A stretch of 64,000 bases of DNA from Amphiscolops sp. MND2022 (taxonomy: Eukaryota), in NCBI GenBank assembly GCA_964187785.1, contig OZ076409.1:84508001-84572000 (forward strand), given 5' to 3'. Below, one piece after another: positions 1 through 10,977 of the stretch. The notes under the pieces were generated by a model. The model did no database searches and was not told the DNA's origin. It was given only the letters and a program-made list of their open reading frames with translations. How positions within the stretch are numbered: position 1 is the stretch's first letter; every line of letters starts with the position of its first letter. The translations under genes and the position numbers were made by a program.

Positions 1-328
1 CCTTTTTCGGAGCCTTGCCCTTGAATTGTTTGAAAAACAATTGAAAAACCTGGCAAAATTGCAATTATACGTATGAAAATGTGACGGAATCAAGCTCCCA
101 TTGCTAAGAATACCACCTGCTTGTAAGAAGAAAAAATATCTGAAATATGTAGAAATTTGACTCTCAAAATTCGTTTTTGTATCAAAAAAATTTGGTGTTT
201 TTTCCTTGGAAAATCAACAGAATCCGGTTTTTCACAAAGATAAATAATATGGATAAATATGTATAACTTCAGTTCCGAATAAAATATTTGGGCATCCTCG
301 AAATCCCAAACAAAGCTTAAATAGACTG

Positions 329-920
329 AACAAGCCGGTACCGGCCCAAGTCGACGCCATATCCAAGGCTCAAAAATATCAAAATGACTTCCAAGAGTCA
401 ATTTACAGTACTCGAAAATCAAAAAAGCAAAAAAATGGACCGAGTGGCGCGCCGGGGCCCGCCAGGGCGAGCCCTTGGCGCGCTAAAAGGGGGACACTTC
501 CGAAATTGTCATTTTTGTCGCAGTTGAAGGGGGACCCTTTGGAGAAAAAACAAATTTTCGGAAATCAAATCTCCGTGCCGAAAAACACTGAAAGGGGGAC
601 CCTTTGGGATTTTTCAACATCCATTCTGACGCAAAACAGCAAAAAAATCGAAGGGGGGACCATTTGGGGAAAAAAATTTTCCAAAAAAAGTCGCAGTGCC
701 GAAAAAAAAATTGAAAGGGGGCCCTTTGAACTCGCTCGGTGTGGTATGTTACGCGGAAAAACAGGAAAAACCTTTTTGGTTCAGTTCGCTAGGCCAAATG
801 GTGCAATTTGGTGCAATAATATTTTGTAGAACTTTTAAGAACTAATTTGGTCAGTTCGTGTGGATAGAAAAAAAAGAGTCACTATAATAGTCGCGTTTCA
901 CTCCATGAAGCGCCGACTAA
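329..920 (-). mobile_element. Non-autonomous Helentron-associated (HINE/DINE-1-like) element, family A
   Basis: On the minus strand it begins TTAGTCGGCGCTTCA followed by an imperfect inverted copy (TGAAACGCGACTA). It ends with a subterminal inverted copy GGCGTCGAC, a hairpin GCCGGTACCGGC and CTTGTT. It has internal AAAGGGTCCCCC subrepeats. Termini match the copy at 50557-51093. Confidence 0.6.
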
Positions 921-999
921 AAACTTAAATGGCGAGATTTTTGTTGAACTTTTAAACATGGCCAAGTCGAAAGAATTTTTGTGATCAAAAGTTTTGATT

Positions 1000-1135
1000 C
1001 CCATCGATGGGATCATCGTTAGAAAAACCTCATCGATGCCCATCGATGTACCATTGTTGCCCATCGATGGACCATTGATGGCCATCGATGGGCCCCATGG
1101 GACTGCGATGGCCATCGATGAACTGCGATGGGATC
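1000..1135. repeat. Short tandem array of palindromic CCATCGATGG-like units
   Basis: CATCGATG/CCATCGATGG recurs about 6 times at irregular 10-30 bp spacing. Confidence 0.75.
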
Positions 1136-3405
1136 TCAGTACGGGGAGTTAACAATACCTGGTTACTATTTCAAAGCAGAACACACTTTCAGAGAAAGAT
1201 AACGTTTTTGTTCCCAGCTTCAAAAGATAATTCAGCCCTATACCCCATACATACCAACTGTGAAACGTACCCCTAAAGTTTTTGCACAATAACCTTTTCG
1301 ATCATGTTTCACTATTTTCAAAACCACGATTTTGTTTTTTTTTCTAACTCATCAGACCATCCGAATTCGTTACAATTTCATGTTAACATGAAGCATTTTG
1401 AGCCCGAAAACGGAAAAAAAAATAACATGTTATTTGTTGTTCAGAATTAACGTCCACTCATAATTTTCGTGTTAATTTAAGTCTTTTATATGATTTATGC
1501 CTTAGGTGGAAGGTGCGAAACAGGGGCATCTCAAGTAAGAAAAAACTGGACTACCATTTGAAGGACCAAACAATGGCTATGACGAATTTATGAAGAAGCG
1601 ATGAACTTCCAGATAAATATCTTTTCTCAACCATTTGTCAGATTTTTTGTCACATGTGACCCTTAATGTCAACTTTCTCCTGTTTCTGTTCCATGACCTG
1701 CAAAAATATTGTCGCAAAGGTTGTGTGATCTCATTTTTTGGCCTAATTTTCAATGACTACCAAGTCTAACTTGATTTGCCAAGTGACAAGAGCTTGTGTT
1801 GAAATGGACTATCAATTGACAATCCATCGATTGGTTGTCAACTGCATGGGACGCTCAGAGCTGAGAAAATGCCTTGAATGTCATTTTCGGAGAGACTTTC
1901 CACTGCGAATCACTTTGATGCTAAGTTGGCGCAGGTTTCATAAAGCAATGACATTTTGAACATGTCGGCGGAAATTAGCATGATTTTGTGGTTCTCTTTA
2001 ATCTTCTTCGTACCTGCCCTGTCAACTTCTTTCTAGCGGTGATATTGCGCGATACGTGTCTGCCAAAAACACAATGACCTATAATACAGCCACTTTTCTC
2101 ACTTTTTCCATATAAGGTTGAAAAGTTCACTTGCATAGAATTTTTATGAACTGGGATAGACTATTGAATTCACAGAAATGAATCCATTACCGTAGGGTAA
2201 GAAATACATTGATTTTTAGTAAACCCATCTCAAATCATATTTTAGATTCTTGATCTTCCACTGGTTAATGTTTCTTGGCAAGATGGCTTCAATTTTTTGG
2301 CAACTTTTGTTTGAAACGTTTCCCGGATCCAACGCAACTTGCGATTTCATGCAATTACATTAATAGAACTATATGGTTCCATACAATAACTTCATGCCGT
2401 TTCCATGCATGGAATCAAGACCTTCATTTCATACACTTTCCGTGCTAGTTGTAACTGCAATATCAACTGCAAAGTGGTTCAGATTATCACAAAAAACGGC
2501 CAGGCATTTAATAATGATCCGATTTTTACGTGAGTATTTTCTGATTATTTTAGGAATTTTGAATTAACAGGAAGATACTATGAGGCATACATCATGTTAG
2601 AGTCACTTCAATTTTGTCAATTTCATATTGATTTAATGACGACAGCTAGATTTAGATGTCAGCTTGTTGATTGATGCAACTCACTTATTGAACAGTGAAC
2701 AACACCTTGAACGCAAAGTCTAGAATAGTTATTACCTCAAGAAGTGTGAATGGAACAGAGCGTAATGGAAACTTATTCTCTGTAAAAATGTACATTTGAA
2801 AGAAGGCTCCGATGTTTAATGAAAAATTAATAATCCACCTATATTATGTACATGATGAGGAACTTGAAAGTGAACAGCAGGAACTTGAATTGATTTTATT
2901 CATACTTCCCATGTTGAGCTTTCCTTGAGAATCTGTACAGATCTGTGAGCCTTTTTTCCTTGAGAATCTGTAAAGATCGTGCCACTGCTACGTAAGGACA
3001 ACTGCAGATCTGCAAGGATCTTTACAGATGTTCAAAGGTTTTCAGGTTTTCTGTACAGATTTTTCAAGAATTTTTTTCCCAGAGCTTTTTGGAAACAGTG
3101 TATCTGCATTTTTGGGCTTCTTCAACAAAAATTTTTGCTGACCAAGGCTCAGTCAGTTGAAACTCTCCATCACTCAAAATTCTTGAGCAGGAAAGTTTGT
3201 CCCCGTCACGGTAATTTTGGTGTCTGGGGAATATTCGGTATTGGTTTTGCACGATAATTAATCCATTTCACTTGAACTTTTCCGAAGTGGTTGTTCAACT
3301 TTGAGAGGCTCGTTTGCCATATTGACTTTGATTTGGCGAATGTAATTATACATGTGACCACCGTCTGGGTTAGTAGAGGTGTTGATGAAGTGATGTGGGT
3401 GTTTT

Positions 3406-3871
3406 ATTTTGGGAACATGGTTTGCTGGAGTAGTTTCAGGTAGTCGAGACTAAAAAAGGTAGTCGAGACTTAAAAAGTTCAGGAAGCTTCTGGTGGCAAT
3501 TCTTGGGACAATGTTTCTTATTCCCCCAGGTACACCTTGCTTCGAGTTTCCCCTTAACAAGAAAGAACTTTTTATTCTTCAACAAAATTAATTCACTAAT
3601 GGGAGTATACTATATGAATGTAATTAGATAGACGATTGTCGTCTATACAGCTGTTTTGCCACTTCCAGCTGCTACTTGGGGGATGAAAACGTGGTTCAAT
3701 CCTTGTACAGGTACGAAGTAATGTCGATTAAAAGTAGTGCAATTAAAACCTGAAAAAAGCGACTTTGTTGTCGACACTTCGATGTCTAAAACTCATCTGA
3801 TGTAATCACTACTTCTCAAACAAGGGGACTACTTCTCATTTTGGGAACATGGTTTGCTGGAGTAGTTTCAG
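3406..3871. repeat. 34-bp direct repeat (3406-3439 and 3838-3871) flanking about 400 bp
   Basis: ATTTTGGGAACATGGTTTGCTGGAGTAGTTTCAG occurs at both positions. Confidence 0.8.
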
Positions 3872-4432
3872 TAATTGCTGGATGTAATGACTACGACCTG
3901 CAATGTCTCTTAAATCACATGCAGACTGTGAGTCCTTCTTTGCAAATTTTGATTTAAACCCGGATGAACATTCCCTATTTTCCTGGCTATTCGGGGAAAC
4001 ACTAGCCTCAGTGTCCCTATTTCCTGTGGAAGACATAGAACTCACAATGTTCTGGATTTCAGGAATGACTCTCTCAGAAATAGCATTGCTAATTGCCCTG
4101 TTTATCTGACTATGCACCATAGACATCATTGAATCCATTTCCTGTGACAGTCTAAGGTTGAACTCGTTTGAAAAGGCCTCAAGGGATTGTCTTATGTCAT
4201 CTTGTCTAGGAAGATTATTTTCATGAGGAAAATTAGTATACTGATTCTCCAGGTATTCACTCGTCTCAATATCTCCTTGTACTGATGATTGTTCAATGGC
4301 ATCTGCTATTTCTCTCTCAATAGGTTTTTCACTCCCATTACCTAACATTACGTCCAAGTTGTCCATATCGGACATCATGTCCATTTCTCTAGACTTTCTT
4401 GCCTTAGCTTTCTGTCTTCTTGTGGAAGGCAT
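3836..4432 (-). other. Copy of the gag N-terminus (183 codons) inside the 3' LTR, reading into flanking DNA
   Basis: Translation matches the first 183 aa of the ORF at 16339-18027 except for 2 substitutions, and diverges exactly at the LTR end (..RSHY|). Confidence 0.9.
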
Positions 4433-5413
4433 AAATGGTTGTACTAGAGGTAATATTTAAATTATTCTAGCAATCGGTTATTAACAACTGAACGGTTAAT
4501 AATTTGTATCTGAGTATTATCAAAAGGTGAAACTGATAATAATATCGCTTGTCAAAATGTGTCCCTGAGGACAGCTAGTCCTGGGTATTTATAGTTAGGG
4601 CGGGGGTGATGATCTAATTTCAGGGTGTCTTGCATCTATTTTTAGAACATAACGGCTAAAAATAGCACCGTGATGTCATCAACACACTAAATATATACTT
4701 CAAAGGGCTAGCGGTGACTGAATATTAATACGGCCTCCATGGCTACAATGACAATAACAGCCAAGAATTACATATATTAACATGTAAAAGCAACAATTCA
4801 TGTATCATGTTTTATAACATGACTTTTCTAGCCATATTAGCTAGAATGTATCTACAATAGTAAGCATCAAGATTTTAATTTCTGTACTTTCAAGGTACAG
4901 GAAAGGTCAAGTATCCACGCTGTCTTATTATAGCAACTAATAGAGCAGCTTTCAACTATCTAAAATAACAGCATTGTCGGCTTGTGTCAAAGTGGACACG
5001 CTGTCCTTTATTTATTTCCAAGCCGTGAGAATGAAAGCCAAGTACGGCGCAGGTACTAATACCGCCATATTGGTTTAATAGCAACTGTACATGTACATAA
5101 CTAAATACTGCTCTCTGATTGGTTGATTTCAAATTGGATGCTTTGTCCGAGGCGACAGGCAAGAAAACATTTGAACTCGTTTCCTTTGCCTGTACGCCTT
5201 GGTGTCCAATTTCAAATTCACCGTACATTAATATACATATGAATAGTAACAGCATCTAACATTTTACATTGAGTATAAAATCAACTAATACTAAGCAATC
5301 GAAATATTACTTTCCGAACAAGTTTTAGTTTATTGGGAGGGTATTCGGCAGGGCTCTTTGGTAGCTGTGGCTTATTGAATACAGATTCCCATCACAGGCG
5401 GCCGCCTGGGACA
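3883..5413 (-). repeat. 3' LTR of element 1
   Basis: Near-identical to 17478-19008 (about a dozen substitutions seen by eye, ~99%). The minus strand starts TGTCCCAG and ends CATTACA. Confidence 0.97.
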
Positions 5414-6212
5414 CTCCCCCTGGAATCAACATAAAAGAGCCGACTTTCATTCCTTCCAGGAAAGCGAGTCTCCTAGCATTGAATTGCTCTGGTAGTTCCC
5501 CGTAAACTGCCGTCTTGTGAAGATAGTCAATCACAGCCTCATCCTGAATCTGCTCCACCGATTTGCCGCACACAAGGCAATCTGTACATCCTGTCATGTA
5601 CGGTGTAAGACTGCCATCAGCCATTTTGAAATGAGAGTAATTCTGCATCCCTTGTTCGCTGAGTAGCACTGTTTGTCCCACCGGATTTTGCTCGTCGTAC
5701 ATTGGATACTTGTCCTGCTGTGGCGGCGAAAGCGGGGTATCCACCATCGGTATCAACTGCCTGCACACATTAATCAGGTGATTGTTCTTCTGGCGGCTGT
5801 CTCTCGGGACCGGCCCCCTTCCCATGCCCAAGTCAAAATAACCAGCATTGAATGTAGATTCTGGAGTGGGCATTGGCCTGGGTGTCCCTTTCCTCTTGTA
5901 TTTAACAGTGTCGTTATCAGGAACCGGGATTGCTTTGCTTGTAGATGGAATTTCCATCTGCCTCTCTATACATCGGGCCAAAAGTGCGACTTCGTCATCT
6001 TCCGGTTCTGACAAGTCGTCCAGGTCTTCCACCGAACTCGTACTTAGGCACTCCATTGATTCATCGCTCGAGATGTAAATTATACCATCCCCCGGTGCCG
6101 CGCCTTGGAAGTCCATAGGAAATAAGGTGCTTTCCGGAAATAACTCTTGCTGGTCCATTTCAAATCTTTCTTTTATTATTTTCTTCGCAATTTTGAAAGT
6201 AACAATTTCCAA
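5325..6212 (-). CDS. Accessory sense ORF of unknown function (up to 295 aa; first ATG gives MDQQELFPE...), crossing the PPT into the 3' LTR
   Basis: Long open frame with an acidic N-terminal half and a CTDCLVC motif; no evident signal peptide or TM helix. The last 89 nt lie within the LTR. Confidence 0.65.
   Translation of the reverse strand: MEIVTFKIAKKIIKERFEMDQQELFPESTLFPMDFQGAAPGDGIIYISSDESMECLSTSSVEDLDDLSEPEDDEVALLARCIERQMEIPSTSKAIPVPDNDTVKYKRKGTPRPMPTPESTFNAGYFDLGMGRGPVPRDSRQKNNHLINVCRQLIPMVDTPLSPPQQDKYPMYDEQNPVGQTVLLSEQGMQNYSHFKMADGSLTPYMTGCTDCLVCGKSVEQIQDEAVIDYLHKTAVYGELPEQFNARRLAFLEGMKVGSFMLIPGGVSQAAACDGNLYSISHSYQRALPNTLPIN
5414..5421 (-). other. Polypurine tract (PPT) of element 1
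   Basis: AGGGGGAG lies immediately upstream of the 3' LTR TG on the minus strand. Confidence 0.8.
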
Positions 6213-6975
6213 GAGCCATCTAGTTCTTGCAGTAGAGAAAAGTCTGAATGAAATATTTTCAAGCGGATTTTCCTTCAGACTTTGTTTGGTGGATTTCCCG
6301 GGTTTCTCGTCTCTCTCCTTGGAAATTCTTCAATAACAACGCCGCAATGTCTTTGATGACAAGCCGACACCCGTTTGTTGACACCTAATAATCTTTACCG
6401 CTCTCCTGAGCGGCGAGTGGCCATCAATAGCATCTTTGAGTGTTTATTAACACTCATGAACTACTTGAAATTTTCAAGTGGGTGAATATATAGCTGAAGG
6501 CCATGCCGTCCGCCGTAGTTCTAGATAGCCAATAGGAAAGCAGTAATTTCTCTCTCAACTCAAAATGGGTTTTCAAGGTCATGAATCCATATAAGGAACA
6601 ATATAAAATGACCTTGAAAATAAATAAAGAAATGGTAAAATCATGAAATAATTCGTAGAATGACAAAGTTTTCTTCAAAATAAGATAAAGTAATGTAGAT
6701 ACTGCTGGCAGACTATATCCACATAATAACCTTAATTGTACATAATTGTAAATTTGACACCAAACTGTATAGCCACGAACTCCAACTTTGACATATTGTC
6801 ACATCGCCAATTCTCTTCAAATTCTTTTACATCTCAAATCCATTTGTATTACTCTTTTCTTCTTTGTATTACTTGTATCTATTCACCACATTTACTCTTC
6901 ATCGTATTTAATCCATAGTTAGCTTTAGTCTACAAGTCGTATTTATTTGCATTTGTCTTTACGTTTTCTTCTCAT

Positions 6976-9900
6976 TTGTGGGATTTTTGGATTGTCCTCG
7001 GAAAGACAACCTCTAGCCCCTCTTCAGGCCATTCACAGCCAACACAATCCTTCTTTGCCCCTACTGGACGATCTCCCTCGTCGAAATCAAGTGGGTCCAA
7101 TGCCGAAAGCCTGAGTGCTTACGCTGAGCGGACCGTGGCTACCATTGTCCAGAGAGACAACGAGTCTTCCGAGTCACTTCCCAATAGTGCTGCCCAAATT
7201 GAAGCCGAGCCAAATAATGTACTGTCCCAAAAAGAGTCAGTTTCCGACCTCATGGAGATCAGCACTCCCCTGACAACAGATGCAGTAGAAGAGACCAATT
7301 TGGGAGGAGAGGATTTAGAGGATACCCCTGGACACTTCGCTCAGGACCCATACTCTACTGACACGAGCGAGTTCGGGGAATTACTTGACGGATCAGGAGT
7401 TAGTGGTCCTACTCTACAGGGCGCCAACAACATTTTCGTCACAGTCCCCTCGCCATCCTCAGGAGATGACGCTGGAGCAAAGAGGGGGAATTCAAGCAGC
7501 GACGATTTGCTAGATGAACCACCCAGCACAAGCAAAGCTACCGCTACACCCAGGCAACTTTCCATCACCGGGCGAGCAGCTTTACGCAAATGCTTCACGG
7601 AGAATAAACCCATCAATATTCCCGTTAGCCAACCTGTCATTGCCCTAAGTGAAGGGCAGATGCATACGGTCCTCCGCACCATCTCGGACGAGTCACTCCT
7701 CTCATCATTCCATTTGATGAAATCCCTGCTCCTTCAAGCCGCTGACTGAAAAGTCATCTCAAAAGAGCGTTGTCGCCATGTAAGGCGTGCCGGCACTCCA
7801 GGCCCTGGACAACAATCTAGCTCTGAAGGAGAAAGCAGCGGGGAAGACTGTGCAAGCGGCAGTTATACAAGTGGTGCCATCAACTCAGATGACGCTCTAG
7901 ATAGTTTGGATTTCCATATCGAGCACAATTACTCGCCAACTTCGCCTAGCTTCAGACCACAATCTCAACCGACCAGAACTGCTACTCCAATGTTGCCAAC
8001 AAGTCCTGGTAGTGGGTACAGCGCCGAGGATTATGCCCCATTGGCCGCATTATTTCCCAAATCCACAGAAAACAAGACCCCAACTAAACCAGCACGAAAA
8101 CGCCAGAAAGTGTCCGGACGACCAGGGAAAGTTATGAAGGAGTCCTACTTCAAAGGAATCAAATGGACTAAAACTTTCGTGACTGGGCCTTTGGATCCTT
8201 CCCACAATCAACACAAGTTCTGTTGCCAAATTTGTAAGGCCAATGTTTCCATCAAGACAAAAGGGGCGCGGGAAATCATCAGACATTATCAAGGCGAGGC
8301 TTATCTGAGGAAAGACCAGAGATGGCGCTTTGAACACTTAAGCGTGACAGATAAAGTGACTGGCATCACTCGACATCAGGTCCGGGGAAAAGACGGACGA
8401 ATCTTGACTCCTTTGGAACTTGAGCGAGAAAAACCCCTCTTTGAAAATGCACCACTCGTCGACGTGGGGGAGAGGTACCCCTTTTATGATGAATATTTAG
8501 CCAATTCGGAAGGACAGCAGACTACAGAGGACCAGCGTGCCAGCGTTCAAATAGCTCTCGTTGGGAATTTTGTTCCCTACGATGGCAACATCTCCCTGCT
8601 ACAGACATTGTGGTCCCAAGTAGGGGAATACATGAACCACAAAGAGCAGTTCTCCCCTTTTGATTGGAGTTCAGCCACAATGACCGTAAGTCTCTTTCTT
8701 TTGGTGGTTGAAATGAGGTTCTGCTTTTTCCATAGCTAACAAGATCTTTCATTTTGGTTTAGGTGATATCTCATCACATCTTTACCTGTGCCATTGAGGA
8801 TCTGTCTCACCACATTGCTCTGAACGACATGTATGCCCTTGAGTTTGAAGCAACCGGAAGAAATCAAACTATGTCAGTCCGTTTTTGGAAAGAGAACACC
8901 TTGGTCCGGGTCCCGTTGTTTCGATGTCCTTTGGTTGCCGGGTTTCCCTCCAACTTCATTACGGGACTGTCTCGACTCCTTTCAGTCATCTCTTTCAAGC
9001 CTGGCCTCGTGAGCGTGTCCGGTTGTCCCGCTTCTCTGGTTCGGACCTTGGACAATTGTGGTTTATTCTCACGCGGGGTTCAGTACCCATTTCGATTCGA
9101 CGTGCTGTCTCTGCAGGCCTTGATGTACAAAGAATGAGGAAGTGTCTTTGGGCCAATGGATTTTTTCTCACAATTGCGATATTTGATCGTGTTCCTCAGC
9201 GGCATTTTGACAGAGCTCTGGACGCTGGAATCGCCTGAACTGACAAAGGTAGGCTACCTTTTGCTCCCTGTATAATTTTCACCCTCAAATAGGTCCTTAT
9301 GGTTTGTATGCCATTATAGGCAATAGAGGCTTCCACCTTTGAGCTACGTTCTGAACGCCTCTGAAACATTCCTGCCATTTGCTCGGAACTAATACAGCAC
9401 TGGAAAGCCATTCTGGATTACCTCACCAGCAGAGCCCCATCCTACGCCATGCAAGGAGTCAAAGGAAAAGTTAGTATCTCCCAGCTTCATTTTTGCAGTT
9501 CCCTGCCAGTTTGTAATCGTCCTGCAAAGTACATTGATCCTATTTGTCTTCATTTCGACTCTATAGAGTGGTACGTGTTTTGCTTCAGCCCCAGAGCTTG
9601 GAATGGACCATTCTCTCTGACGACCTGTTCCCGCTGAAGGTTGAATTCTTCGGACGGCTAGTACGCGATTGTTAGTTCTGTTTCCATATTCCCTTCATGT
9701 TTTGATGACAATTTTTGATCGTTTACATATCCCACATTCCATCATGTTTGTGAACCAAAAACCATAGGCCTTAATCGGAACCGGGCTATAGTATGCCTAA
9801 TGGGTCTTTTTACCGTTTAGACACCAAGTGCTTCGAACGGAGTCTCATCAAGCGACGGGACTCAGGATTTTTCACCTTTGGAGAGCTCTGCCGATACATA

Positions 9901-10977
9901 CGGAGATTATGTCAACGGGCCCTGTTACCCAAGCACACCCCCGCGGACACTGATTGGTCTGGGCTTTTGCAACTGCAATTAGACGGGGTACGGCAACTTT
10001 CCAGCCGGGACTTCTTGTTGCGACTGAAGTTAAAAACAGACATTGACCAAGCTTGTCAACAGAAGGCCAAGAAGGAGTTGAGCTCCAAGTCGGACCAAGC
10101 GCAGGCGATCGAGAAACTGGCCAAAAACATGAAGGAAATGTTCGCTAGCCAGGCCCGCTCCTTCATCGTCAACATCCTCGAATCACTCCTGGGCGATATT
10201 CGCCTTACAGCCCATATTGTGAGAGGGATGGCTGCTTTTGATTTGACTGTGCTGTCAACGCAGCCCATGGAGCAAGCCCTATTCTGTTTTACCTCGTTGT
10301 TTGACACGTTCCAGCTGCGAGGGTGGGTGTCTGCGGACTCTGAGTCCGATTACCGTGATGAGTACGTGGGATTCATCGACGATTTCCGCAATGCCTGCCC
10401 TAGCTTGATGAATTCCCCTGAGCTGGTGCACGATGTGACTGCCTTCCTGATCGGGATGCCTGCATTGACCGCCCGTCCACACCTATTCCATCATTTCCGC
10501 CTCAGCTGCATGTGTCTTACCGAGGCTAGCGTTCCGTTGCCGGCCATCAAATTTCACAATGTGGACTCCTCTGATTCGTTTTGTCGTCTATCAGATGTTT
10601 TGTTTCCGGCACAGTCAAATTTAGCTCATGTCCCCGGAGCCATTCCCTACTGTGTTACTGAAGCAGCCCTCACGCGCTACCATCTTTTGAGTGCCAAATT
10701 CTCGTCTGGTAATGTCTCAGGGGACCCTTGGTCCCATGTGGATTCATTTGGGCAGATCTCCATACATAAGGAACTTCTGGCAGCCCACAAAATTCACGGG
10801 ACTGATACTGAGGGGGTCAAGAAGGCCCATTTCGAACTGCCTTCTGAAGCAAGTGAAGTGGGTAATCCGTTCTGTTCTCCTGGGAAGTCCTCCAAGTTAG
10901 CCCACTTTGGCAATATCCCTTCTTTGGAAATAGAGAAGACCGTTAAAGAACTGCAGCAGGGTTCTAGTAAACATTAA
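6976..10977 (+). pseudogene. Antisense, 5-exon accessory gene of element 1 (zinc finger plus hAT-transposase-like protein, ~1100-1190 aa); this copy has 3 in-frame TGA stops
   Basis: Exons: ~6976/7252-8685, 8763-9248, 9320-9469, 9589-9670, 9821-10977. Introns: 8686-8762 (GTAAGT..CTAAC..TTTAG), 9249-9319 (GTAGGC..TATAG), 9470-9588 (GTTAGT..TTCAG), 9671-9820 (GTTAGT..CTAAT..TTTAG). Phases 0,0,0,1 all keep the frame. TGA stops at 7747, 9135 and 9362. Homologues occur in elements 2 and 3. The start site is uncertain. Confidence 0.85.

Noticed and set aside
1000..1135. CRISPR-like array
   Set aside because: Units are short and irregular with no unique spacers of constant length; the context is eukaryotic and has no cas genes.
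5325..6212. env gene
   Set aside because: The position fits, but there is no signal peptide, furin site plus fusion peptide, or TM anchor.
9793..9820. ORF-track N-termini MPNGSFYRLD (and MVCCLD at 63707)
   Set aside because: These residues are intronic; homology starts exactly at the conserved splice acceptor.
6976..10977. Independent DNA transposon or host gene nested by chance in element 1
   Set aside because: I see no TIRs or 8-bp TSD, and homologues occupy the same position and orientation in elements 2 and 3.
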